NCBI GenBank assembly: GCA_002011125.2
Contig: MTMF02000009.1
Span: forward strand, 1,000,989-1,064,988
Direction: 5' to 3'
Length of the DNA: 64,000 nucleotides
Origin: Candidatus Hydrothermarchaeum profundi
Lineage (GTDB): Archaea; Hydrothermarchaeota; Hydrothermarchaeia; Hydrothermarchaeales; Hydrothermarchaeaceae
In this document: piece by piece, positions 1 to 8,754 of the stretch
How the letters are laid out: each line of letters begins with the position of its first letter
Position numbering within the stretch: position 1 is the first letter of the stretch
The notes under the pieces: model-generated
Seen by the model: the letters and a program-made list of their open reading frames with translations, nothing else
What the model was told of the DNA's origin: nothing
Databases searched by the model: none
Made by a program: the position numbers and the translations under genes

Positions 1-2
1 AC

Positions 3-350
3 GCTTTTGTTCTCTGGGCTAAAAATAGTAAGCTGGAGAGCTGGAAAGAAGACATTATAGGGAAAACGAAAGGGGTAGGGATAAATACTTATCAATATTT
101 GAGAATGATGGCCGGGATCGATACAGTTATGCCGGATAAAATTGTTAAGAGAGTTCTAAAAGAGATTTCAAGCGAAGCAGGTGAAGAGCTTCTTTTTGAA
201 GATGATATAGCATTTATAAAAGAGGTTCATAAAATTGCCGAAAAAACAGGATATAGACCAATAGAAATTTGTTGGATGACCTGGCTTGTACATTCGGAGT
301 CTAGTTTATCAAGAGAAAAGGGATATAGCGAGATTTTGACAAAAATCTAA
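3..350 (+). CDS. 5'-truncated protein with helix-hairpin-helix (HhH-GPD-like) motif
   Basis: The frame is open from the window start (AFVLWAK...KTKGVGINTYQYLRMMAGIDTVMPDKIVKR). GVG-xx-T followed by PD resembles HhH-GPD glycosylase-like proteins. Confidence 0.5.
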   Translation, partial: AFVLWAKNSKLESWKEDIIGKTKGVGINTYQYLRMMAGIDTVMPDKIVKRVLKEISSEAGEELLFEDDIAFIKEVHKIAEKTGYRPIEICWMTWLVHSESSLSREKGYSEILTKI

Positions 351-351
351 T

Positions 352-1083
352 TCAAGTTAGGTATCTTCTTAAATATCCGAAGTTTAGTTCAAGGAAGTCT
401 TGTATATTAGATAAGTGGATCCACGATTTGGATACTAATCCTTTAATCTTAAATCCATCGTCTATCATCATCTGAATAGCGTCAGGGAGTTCGTATTCGC
501 CTCTTTTAGACTTTTTAACTCGTTTCAAGTAATCTTTAATTATATCTTTAAAAATATAAACCGGGCCACAAGAAATGTTACTTATTATTTCATCTTCAGA
601 AGGCTTTTCTATAACCTGCAGTATAGTTCCATCCTCTTTCATTTTAACAACACTAGACTCTTTAATCCTTTCATCGTTCATTATTTTGAGGCTCAGGGCA
701 ATATCAAGTTCTTCTTCTTTGAACATCTCAATTAGTTCCCTGTAATGTTTCTCTGGAAAAATAGAGTCACATGCGCTGACTAAAACATCTCCTACAATTA
801 ATTCACCAGCTGTTAAGAGTGCATGAGCCGATCCCAGCTGTTCTTTTTGTTCAACATAAATTATAGTACCTCCTAGTTGCGAACCGTCTCCCAAATAATC
901 TGAAATTTGCCACCCGAGGTGGCCTGTAACTATAATAAACTCCCGTATACCCACAGCGTATAGATTTTTCAATATTTGCTCTATGAGGGGTCTTCCTTGT
1001 ACTGGCAGTAGTCCTTTAGCCACCTTATCCGTAATAGGTCTAAGGCGCTTACCTCTTCCTCCTGCAAGTATTACAGCTTTCAA
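352..1083 (-). CDS. Sugar-phosphate nucleotidyltransferase (NTP_transferase family, glucose-1-phosphate thymidylyltransferase-like)
   Basis: N-terminal AVILAGGRGKRLRP, EQKEQLGSAHA, EKP and RGEYELPDA motifs. Confidence 0.9.
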   Translation of the reverse strand: MKAVILAGGRGKRLRPITDKVAKGLLPVQGRPLIEQILKNLYAVGIREFIIVTGHLGWQISDYLGDGSQLGGTIIYVEQKEQLGSAHALLTAGELIVGDVLVSACDSIFPEKHYRELIEMFKEEELDIALSLKIMNDERIKESSVVKMKEDGTILQVIEKPSEDEIISNISCGPVYIFKDIIKDYLKRVKKSKRGEYELPDAIQMMIDDGFKIKGLVSKSWIHLSNIQDFLELNFGYLRRYLT

Positions 1084-1084
1084 G

Positions 1085-1825
1085 CTACACCTCCAGTTTC
1101 ATAAGGTCCTCTGCGAAGATTATTTCGCCGTTAAAAGCTGTAGATACTATATCCTTAATATTCTCCATATTACTCTCTACTTCAGGTGAGAAATGTGTCA
1201 GAATCAGTTTATAAACAGGTAGACCTTTTATAAATCTTGCCAGTGTCTTAGGATTAGTATGTCCACTGACTTTAGATATAGATGAGCATTCATGAATAAG
1301 GACCCCTACGTTATCGCCTATTAGTTTCTTTATACCTTCACAAGGCTCAGTGTCTCCCGAGAAAATTACAGATGAGCTTTTAGAGTCGATTCTATATGCG
1401 AGACTCGGTTCTAAATGAGACGTTGTAGCTACTCTAATTTCATCTCTCCCTATATTAAATACATCCATGCTTTGTAGTTCCTTTGTGTCTAATTCAAATC
1501 TTCCTTGTAGATAGGGATACGATTTAAGTTGCATTTCTATCCATTTCACAGTGCCAGTAGGCCCAATTACCCTCATATCGTTTCTACCCATCAGATAATT
1601 CGCTTTTAAAATAGCAAGAAAATCAGAGTTATGATCCAAATGATGGTGAGTAAAAAAAATATGTGTAATATCCTTAGGAGAATAGCCGCTTTGTATAATC
1701 CTACTCAGAACTCCAGATCCGCAATCAAGTAGATAAAGATTATTATTAGTATCCACAAGGATCCCTGTTTGTACTCTACTAGGTGTAGGTATCGAGAACC
1801 CCGTACCAAGTAGTACAACACGCAT
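1085..1825 (-). CDS. MBL-fold metallo-hydrolase, RNase Z-like
   Basis: LLGTG, LLDCGSG, THHHLDH (HxHxDH), SGDTEP, HECS and LTHFS motifs. Start placed at ATG 1825. Confidence 0.8.
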   Translation of the reverse strand: MRVVLLGTGFSIPTPSRVQTGILVDTNNNLYLLDCGSGVLSRIIQSGYSPKDITHIFFTHHHLDHNSDFLAILKANYLMGRNDMRVIGPTGTVKWIEMQLKSYPYLQGRFELDTKELQSMDVFNIGRDEIRVATTSHLEPSLAYRIDSKSSSVIFSGDTEPCEGIKKLIGDNVGVLIHECSSISKVSGHTNPKTLARFIKGLPVYKLILTHFSPEVESNMENIKDIVSTAFNGEIIFAEDLMKLEV

Positions 1826-1959
1826 ATTTAGAAATTTCAAAGATATCAAATTTAAATCCAGCGATTTATGTATACGCGTGTGTTTAGGAAGGAGATTAGG
1901 ATATAGAGTTTAAGATGAGTAACATAAGATTTAATTATTTTTAATATTAAAGTTTTAGC

Positions 1960-2688
1960 ATGGTTGAGATATTAATACATAAGTTTAAAGATATGGATCT
2001 TAAAGGAGCTACAGTAGTAAATGGATTCCCTAGTTTAGGCTTGGTTAGCACTATTACAGCCAATTATCTCATAGGTACTATTAACTTAGATCAGATAGGG
2101 GCGCTTGATTCAGAAGCATTTCCCCCCGTTTCAATGATATATGCCGCAAAGCCCAAATTTCCAGCAAGGATTTATGCCGATGAAAATGCAAAAATAGTAG
2201 TCTTCCTCTCAGAATTCACTCCAATACCCCAATTAGTGAGACCAATAGCAAGAGCAATACTGGATTGGACGAAAAAGAACAAATGTGCAAGAATCGTTGC
2301 GCCTGAAGTCATTTCTATAAGCGAAGCAAGTAAAATTCATGTCTTTGGAGTTGCAAGCACTGATCGTGCTAGAGAAGAAATGAAAAAGCTTCACATCAGG
2401 CCCTTCACCCAAGGGATGGTTTCTGGAATAACAGGTGTATTCCTTAATGAAGGCCGAAGACAGAATATAGATGTTTACGCACTATTAGCTCAAGCGAGAC
2501 CAGAGATACCCGATGCGAGAGCAGCAGCAAAAATAATTGAGGTCATAGATAAACTAGTACCTACAATCGAAATCGAGGTGGAGCCACTTTATGCTGAAGC
2601 TGAAAGGATTGAAGCTTATGTCAAGAAACTCAGAGAACAAGCAAAGCCTGCCTTCGAGCCTTCTACTCCAGAGAATATGTATCAGTAA
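1960..2688 (+). CDS. Proteasome assembly chaperone (PAC2/PbaA-PbaB family)
   Basis: GFPSLGLVSTITANYLI and PDARAAA motifs. C-terminus MYQ fits HbYX. Confidence 0.85.
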   Translation: MVEILIHKFKDMDLKGATVVNGFPSLGLVSTITANYLIGTINLDQIGALDSEAFPPVSMIYAAKPKFPARIYADENAKIVVFLSEFTPIPQLVRPIARAILDWTKKNKCARIVAPEVISISEASKIHVFGVASTDRAREEMKKLHIRPFTQGMVSGITGVFLNEGRRQNIDVYALLAQARPEIPDARAAAKIIEVIDKLVPTIEIEVEPLYAEAERIEAYVKKLREQAKPAFEPSTPENMYQ

Positions 2689-2745
2689 ACACTTTTTCTT
2701 TGCTCTCACCCAAGGTTTAAATTCTAAAAACGAGATTTTTTTCTA

Positions 2746-3759
2746 ATGCTCAATTCTATGTATGAGACTCTAGCTAAAAAGAAGTCCATTATCCGGGAGG
2801 AAATAGATAGACTCCTTCGAATTAGAGATATTGAGAAATATAAGGATCTGTGGAGGAGTGTAGAATTTTCTGGAGAAGAGGTTAAAATAGGAGGAGAAGA
2901 TGGGAGTTTTAATCATTTGAAATATAAAAACTTCGTCCTATATGCTGTAAATGCAATAGCTTTTTCATATGATGGTAGTATAAAGGGGGTAGAGGCCTCG
3001 GATATCAACATACTATTTCCTTACAAGAACATTGAAGAAAGACTAAAACTTTATCAAACTATACTAGAACTCAAGGTCTCCCAACGGATAATTGATGAGG
3101 TAGAAGTGTTCTTATTAGATGGATCTTTGATGAGCAAGTTAGCAGCTCCTAAAGAGCTAGTTTTAACTATAGATGAAAAGAAAGAAGTAGTGGACTTTCT
3201 GCCTAAATTGGAGAGGGAGATTGCATTGGAGATATCTTCCTCTAAGTATGCTGGGATGTTAGGCAAATACGAGAAGATAGCATTTTTTGAATATCTAGAA
3301 TTTTTAGTAGTTGTAGGTAAACTGTTAGAAAAAGGCCTTAATAAAATAGTTTGTGTATCGAAGACTTCTACTTGGTCAGAGTTTAATCAGGGAATGTCGG
3401 ACCTAGCTGTATATGAAGAACTAACCAATAAAAGTGGATATTCAAAGCCGGTATATAGGCCGCTAGGCTCTTATTATGGAAGATTCCCCATAAATGAGGA
3501 GCTATTTGAAAGTCTAGTGTTTACAACCTTCTATGCAAGGCTTGAGGATAATAAAAATACATTCATGTTTGAAGTGCCTATGGAGATAGATGAAGAGGAG
3601 GTATACGATATATTAAACAAAATCAAACCTATCTGCGTTGAGGGATATCCATATTTATTAAAAAAAGCGCATAGGAAAGTTGTAATAACCCGGAAAGACA
3701 TTCACAGAATCTTTACCTCTCTAGGAATACATGCGAAAACCGGTAGGGAGATGTTATGA
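2746..3759 (+). CDS. nurA: DNA double-strand break repair nuclease NurA
   Basis: GGEDGS, LLDGSL, VSKTS and EGYPYLLKKAH motifs. Overlaps herA by 4 nt. Confidence 0.9.
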   Translation: MLNSMYETLAKKKSIIREEIDRLLRIRDIEKYKDLWRSVEFSGEEVKIGGEDGSFNHLKYKNFVLYAVNAIAFSYDGSIKGVEASDINILFPYKNIEERLKLYQTILELKVSQRIIDEVEVFLLDGSLMSKLAAPKELVLTIDEKKEVVDFLPKLEREIALEISSSKYAGMLGKYEKIAFFEYLEFLVVVGKLLEKGLNKIVCVSKTSTWSEFNQGMSDLAVYEELTNKSGYSKPVYRPLGSYYGRFPINEELFESLVFTTFYARLEDNKNTFMFEVPMEIDEEEVYDILNKIKPICVEGYPYLLKKAHRKVVITRKDIHRIFTSLGIHAKTGREML

Positions 3760-5237
3760 GCGAATTAATTGGTACATGCATCGGTGAAGCGTCTCCAAGT
3801 GAAGCCACATTCATCTCTAAAGGTATGCCGCGTACTGGAGAATATGTGATCTTGAGCTATGATGGAAAAAATATATTAGGCATGGTGGAAACTTTAACGA
3901 GGGGGAGTCCCTCAATATCAGATGACATTTTAGATCCTGAGGTAGTAGAGAGAATTTTGAATTTTGAGAATGAAGAATACATAAGAGGTGTTATAAGACT
4001 TTTAGGGGAGGTTAATACTTTAGAAATTCCAAAGGTACCTCCACCTCCTGGTACCAAGATTTATAGAGCGGATTCGCGGTCACTAAAGAAAATATTCGGG
4101 AAAGGAGATATAAAACTTGGGAGACTTCTTTCACATCCAGATGTCCCAGTTTACATAGATGGAAATAGGATGATAACTCGGCATCTGGCTATTTTAGCTA
4201 TAACAGGAGCTGGCAAATCCAATACCGTAAGCGTCATAGTTGAAGGCATATTGAAGCTAAATGGTCTTCCTATAATTTTCGATATGCATTCTGAATATGT
4301 GAATGCGGAGTTCGCAGGAGGGGTCAAAAGAATTGCTCCAATGTTAAACCCACTATACCTCTCAGCGGACGAATTTAAGATTCTTGTTGATATAAGTAAA
4401 GACGCCTATGTGCAAGAGCGTTATTTGAGAAGGGCTTACATGGAAGCAAGGCGAAGAACTGAAGAGGGCCATAGGAATTTTGTAGAGCAGGTTATATCTG
4501 CCTTGGAGGATATCCGCGCAAGCGAGGAAGATTTTACGCAGAGCGAGAAAAATGCGATTGTAGGTGTAATAAATAAGGTTGAGGATTTTGAATTAAAATA
4601 TAGGGGGTTAGTAAATCCTTATGCTTCGGATATACTGGATGAACTGGAGCAGGGAAAAGCAAATGTAATAGATCTAGGGCAAGTGGATGAAGACTATGCT
4701 GATGTTATTGTAAGTCATGTACTTAGAAAAATTCTGTACAAAAGAAAGAGTAAAGAGATTCCTCCCTCATTTTGCGTATTAGAAGAGGCACATATACTAG
4801 CTCCTATGTATAGGCCGACCTTGTCTAAATACTGGATAGACAGGATTGCTCGTGAAGGTAGGAAATTTGGGGTGGGATTATGTATGGTTAGTCAGCGACC
4901 TAAGAGTCTGGATCAAAATTCCCTTTCTCAGGCAAATAATTCTATAATAATGAGGCTGATAGAGCCAAGTGACCAGCGCCATGTACAGCAGGCTAGCGAG
5001 AGGCTGAGTGATGATTTACTATCTCAGCTTCCCTCTCTTAATATAGGCGAGGCAGTAGTAGTGGGCTTGATGACTAAAATCCCGGCATTGGTAAAAATCG
5101 ACAAATTTGAAGGAAAGCTTGGCGGCGGCGACCCGGATGTGATAGGAGAATGGAAAAAAACATTCAAAGAGAAAGAAGAGAAAACAATAAAGGAGAAAAA
5201 GGAAATAAATGATTTGTATGGAGGGATGATCGAATAA
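3756..5237 (+). CDS. herA: HerA helicase/ATPase
   Basis: RHLAILAITGAGKS (Walker A), FDMHSEY, LEEAH, IAREGRKFG and SQRP motifs. Adjacent to nurA. Confidence 0.92.
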   Translation: MSELIGTCIGEASPSEATFISKGMPRTGEYVILSYDGKNILGMVETLTRGSPSISDDILDPEVVERILNFENEEYIRGVIRLLGEVNTLEIPKVPPPPGTKIYRADSRSLKKIFGKGDIKLGRLLSHPDVPVYIDGNRMITRHLAILAITGAGKSNTVSVIVEGILKLNGLPIIFDMHSEYVNAEFAGGVKRIAPMLNPLYLSADEFKILVDISKDAYVQERYLRRAYMEARRRTEEGHRNFVEQVISALEDIRASEEDFTQSEKNAIVGVINKVEDFELKYRGLVNPYASDILDELEQGKANVIDLGQVDEDYADVIVSHVLRKILYKRKSKEIPPSFCVLEEAHILAPMYRPTLSKYWIDRIAREGRKFGVGLCMVSQRPKSLDQNSLSQANNSIIMRLIEPSDQRHVQQASERLSDDLLSQLPSLNIGEAVVVGLMTKIPALVKIDKFEGKLGGGDPDVIGEWKKTFKEKEEKTIKEKKEINDLYGGMIE

Positions 5238-5242
5238 AGGTT

Positions 5243-5800
5243 TTAGTTCTTGGTTATCCCTTTTTCTTTCATGATTTCATCTATTTTCTTTTGAAGTTCT
5301 TCAATCGTGCCTGTGTTATCTACGATATAATCCGCTTTTCTCCCGATTACTTCAATACGTTGCTCGGTTTCTCTCATCTCGCTCTCTAAAAATTCTGCAA
5401 ATGTCATAGAGGCCTCTCCCTTTTCTTTTCTCGTTACTGCTCTAACATACCTATCTCTTACTGGGGCGTTTATGAATATCAAAATATTATTTTCAAAGCT
5501 TCTGAGCATTTCAACTTCGTTATCATATCTTATTCCATCGATGACTATTAGATTAGATGGATCCTTTTCTAAGTCTTTTTTAAATGCATTGACTATTACA
5601 TCCATACCAAGCTCTGCCCGTAAACTTGCTCCAAGTTTCTGTAAATATTCCCTCTTATGGGGAAGATAAAGTCTATCTAAGATATCCATCAAAATCTGAG
5701 AAAAGCGGTGTTGGCTAGCGCCATACTTTGAGCTGAGATATTCACTTACAGTAGTCTTGCCTGAGCCAATACCACCTACTAACCCGATTACAAGCTTCAT
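5243..5800 (-). CDS. P-loop nucleotide/nucleoside monophosphate kinase-like protein (dephospho-CoA kinase/UPF0200-like)
   Basis: IGLVGGIGSGKTT, VIDGIR and ADYIVDNTG motifs. Overlaps the dCMP deaminase gene by 4 nt. Confidence 0.7.
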   Translation of the reverse strand: MKLVIGLVGGIGSGKTTVSEYLSSKYGASQHRFSQILMDILDRLYLPHKREYLQKLGASLRAELGMDVIVNAFKKDLEKDPSNLIVIDGIRYDNEVEMLRSFENNILIFINAPVRDRYVRAVTRKEKGEASMTFAEFLESEMRETEQRIEVIGRKADYIVDNTGTIEELQKKIDEIMKEKGITKN

Positions 5801-6387
5801 TCAGCCACCGATTCTTTTTCGGCACCAGTTACCTCCGGAGGCTTACTTTCCTCCCTAGAATCGACATGTACTACCTCAATATTAGCAGCTTTTAATATCT
5901 CTAATCCCTCTTTATCGGTGTATTCACCGCTGACAACTACCCTCGTGATACCCGCATTTACCATAAGCCTAGCACAGATTTTACATGGAAACCCATTCAC
6001 ATATAGCGTGGCTTTTCGAGCTTGTTTACCCGCCTGCAATAATGCATTCTGCTCTGCATGTACCGCCGGGCATATACCATGACCCATTCCGCTCTCGATA
6101 TTGTTTTCGTCTTTTACGCAGGCAACAAAACCTTCTATAGGTTGAAAGTGCCTGTGCTCCGGCAGACAAATATCAATAATGTCACAGTTTACATTTTTCG
6201 AGCAGAAATTACAATCTTTTTTGCAGCAATGTGGCGCGCCTCTTACAGGGCCATTGTAGCCGGTAGAGATTATTTCTTTGTCCTCATTAACTATTACCGC
6301 TCCAAACTGGTGCCTTATGCACGTAGAGCGTGTCGCAACATTTTCAACTATTCGTGCGAAGTATACATCCCATGATGGCCTATTCAT
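5797..6387 (-). CDS. dCMP deaminase family protein
   Basis: RPSWDVYF, RSTC, TGYNG, HAEQNA and PCKIC zinc motifs. Confidence 0.9.
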   Translation of the reverse strand: MNRPSWDVYFARIVENVATRSTCIRHQFGAVIVNEDKEIISTGYNGPVRGAPHCCKKDCNFCSKNVNCDIIDICLPEHRHFQPIEGFVACVKDENNIESGMGHGICPAVHAEQNALLQAGKQARKATLYVNGFPCKICARLMVNAGITRVVVSGEYTDKEGLEILKAANIEVVHVDSREESKPPEVTGAEKESVAE

Positions 6388-6498
6388 AGTCTTCAACCTC
6401 AACTCAGTAAAGGGTAATTTCCTTAAACAAACTTTCGATTTGCCTAGGGCTATTTCCTAAGGAGTTTTTAATCCTTGTGTAAGAGAGCCTAAAAAAAG

Positions 6499-6756
6499 TT
6501 ATTCTACTATTTTATAGACTACATCGTTTGGCCTAACCCGTTCTTTGACTTTTATACCAACTGACTGTCCTTTTCCGGCTTCCTGAACATCTACTCTATC
6601 TATCTGCATGCTCTCAACTTTTTGTTGGAAATTAGTTGTGTGGCCTTCTATAGAGATCGTATCACCAACTGAGAGAGAACCGTCAGTTAGCTTAACCCCT
6701 GCTACTCCTACCTTAGAAAAATAAGTAAAAACAGTACCTACTTTCTCTTTTTCCAT
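6499..6756 (-). CDS. Small beta-barrel protein (EF-Tu domain 2-like / U32 peptidase C-terminal-like)
   Basis: VGTVFTYFSKVGVAG...QKVESMQID...GQSVGIKV...VRPNDVVY pattern. SD-like GGGGTGA upstream. Confidence 0.7.
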   Translation of the reverse strand: MEKEKVGTVFTYFSKVGVAGVKLTDGSLSVGDTISIEGHTTNFQQKVESMQIDRVDVQEAGKGQSVGIKVKERVRPNDVVYKIVE

Positions 6757-6791
6757 GGTGTTTCACCCCAAAATATTGATAGCATACTCGA

Positions 6792-8366
6792 TTATAAAAA
6801 CTTTGCCTTATACTTAAACTGATTTTCATAAAGGTTTCTTACTCTCTCTAAGGTATCTACATCCTCGATTGAAAGATCCTCACGAATCCTAGTTATCCTC
6901 GCAAACCTTAAAGCAAAACCTGAAGAATAATGCGGGCTCCTTTGTATCTCGCTAAATGCCACTTCAACTATTATCTTTGGTTTTACTGTTATAATAAACT
7001 CGCTTTCTGCGATTTTAAGCTTTAGCAATTCCTGAGTCATCCACTGGAATTCTTTATCATTTAATCCTTTGAAAGTTTTTCCTATCATCATAAACTCGCC
7101 AGTTTCCTCATCCCTAACTGCGAGATGGTAATTGCTTAGCCATTCTTTACGTCTACCATGTCCCCATTCTGCCGCTATTATTACAGCATCAAGAGTTACA
7201 GAAGTTTTCACCTTCAACCATTTTTTGCCACGCTTTCCAGGGATATACTTGGAATCAAGATCTTTTATCATCAATCCTTCGTGGCCAGATTTAATGGACT
7301 CGCCCATAAATGCTCTAGCCTCCTTGAGATCTTTGGTTATAATTCTACTAGCAAGTAGGTCCTTAGGGCAAATTTCTTCTAAGAGTTTCCAGCGCTTTTC
7401 ATAAGTTTCATCAACTAAACTCATTCCATCCACAAAGAGGATATCAAATAAATATAACTTCAAGGGAATTGACTTTTTTAATCGCTCAATATCATGGACA
7501 CGTTTAAATCTCTTCATCAAATACTGGAAAGGAAAAGGCCTACCTGATTTATCAATCGCTATTATCTCTCCTTCCGCTATGACTTCTTTAGTCTTAATAC
7601 TTTTACTTAACTCTACTATTTCAGGCAAGCTTTCTGTTACATTAGTAAGCCTTCTTGAGAATATTACAACCTTTTCTCCCTTCTTATGGATTTGTATCCT
7701 AGCTCCATCATACTTAAATTCCAAGGCGCATTTCCTATGTTCTTGTAAAGCCTCTTCAAGCGAGTTTGCCATCTCCGCTAGCATCGGTTTAATAGGGATA
7801 AAAAGCGTGATGTTAATTTTCTCGAGACCTTTCTTTCCTTCGACTAAAGCTATCCTAGCGACCTCACCTAAGTCGCCTAGAAACATAAGGGCTTTCCTTA
7901 ATAAGTCTAGATTTAAATAAGATGCTTTAGATATTGCCTCTAACATTGTCCCCTCGCTAACACCAATTCTCATCTCACCGAAGATACTTTTAAAAATATA
8001 CTTTCTCTCAAGCGGGCTCGCTCGACTAATGAGGCTTTGTAAAAGGTTTTCTTTTTTCTTTCTAGAGCCTTCCCCTCTTTGACTTGATATTTTTTTGAAA
8101 TAATCTCCTATGTCTAATATACTAAGCGGTGTTGTAAGGAGTGTTTTCTGATGATCTCTCCCAACTTTTTCTATAGTTTTCCATCCTACATCTAACGACT
8201 TTGATTCCGCCTCGGGGAAAATAGAACCCGTAATAAAAAGTACAGCTACAGGGATTTCAGATTCTTCAAGCGTTTTTAAGAAATGGCTTAATATCTCTAT
8301 TTTTTTGGATTTTTTGGTATTTTTTGCTACTTTCTCGCAGGTTTCCACTAATCTTAGAAAGTCCAC
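6792..8366 (-). CDS. lig: ATP-dependent DNA ligase
   Basis: PMLA, EFKYDGARIQIH (motif I), EGLMIK, WLKVK and ALRFARITRIRED motifs. GTG start at 8366 assumed. Confidence 0.93.
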   Translation of the reverse strand: MDFLRLVETCEKVAKNTKKSKKIEILSHFLKTLEESEIPVAVLFITGSIFPEAESKSLDVGWKTIEKVGRDHQKTLLTTPLSILDIGDYFKKISSQRGEGSRKKKENLLQSLISRASPLERKYIFKSIFGEMRIGVSEGTMLEAISKASYLNLDLLRKALMFLGDLGEVARIALVEGKKGLEKINITLFIPIKPMLAEMANSLEEALQEHRKCALEFKYDGARIQIHKKGEKVVIFSRRLTNVTESLPEIVELSKSIKTKEVIAEGEIIAIDKSGRPFPFQYLMKRFKRVHDIERLKKSIPLKLYLFDILFVDGMSLVDETYEKRWKLLEEICPKDLLASRIITKDLKEARAFMGESIKSGHEGLMIKDLDSKYIPGKRGKKWLKVKTSVTLDAVIIAAEWGHGRRKEWLSNYHLAVRDEETGEFMMIGKTFKGLNDKEFQWMTQELLKLKIAESEFIITVKPKIIVEVAFSEIQRSPHYSSGFALRFARITRIREDLSIEDVDTLERVRNLYENQFKYKAKFL

Positions 8367-8367
8367 T

Positions 8368-8754
8368 TCATTTTCCCTGAGAAGAAGATTTCTCAAAAAT
8401 AATTTTTATTTTATCTATAAATTCACGAATTTCAAATGGTTTCCCTATATGAGCATCCGCGTGAGCATATTCAAAACTCCTCTTTAAAGATTCTTCGCTA
8501 TCGCGGACAGAAAAAATAATTACTGGGATATTTTTTGTTTTTGGGTTCTCTTTTATTCTTTTACAAACTTCCCATCCATCGAGGCCCGGCATCCTTACAT
8601 CCATGAGGATGAGCCCAGGTTTAATTGTCTTCAGCATTTCCAATGACTCCTCACCATTTGCCGCTTCAATAACCTCGTAGCCTTCTCTTTTCAGCATACG
8701 TTTTACTAGAAATCTTAGCTCAGGCTCATCATCAACTAACATTATGCTTACCAT
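8368..8754 (-). CDS. Stand-alone response regulator receiver (CheY-like)
   Basis: MLVDDE, LILMDVRMPGLDG and KPF motifs. Start placed at ATG 8754. Confidence 0.92.
   Translation of the reverse strand: MVSIMLVDDEPELRFLVKRMLKREGYEVIEAANGEESLEMLKTIKPGLILMDVRMPGLDGWEVCKRIKENPKTKNIPVIIFSVRDSEESLKRSFEYAHADAHIGKPFEIREFIDKIKIIFEKSSSQGK

Noticed and set aside
3756-5237. HerA as part of an anti-phage system (e.g. Sir2-HerA)
   Set aside because: It is coupled to nurA and near mre11-rad50, which is the housekeeping resection context.
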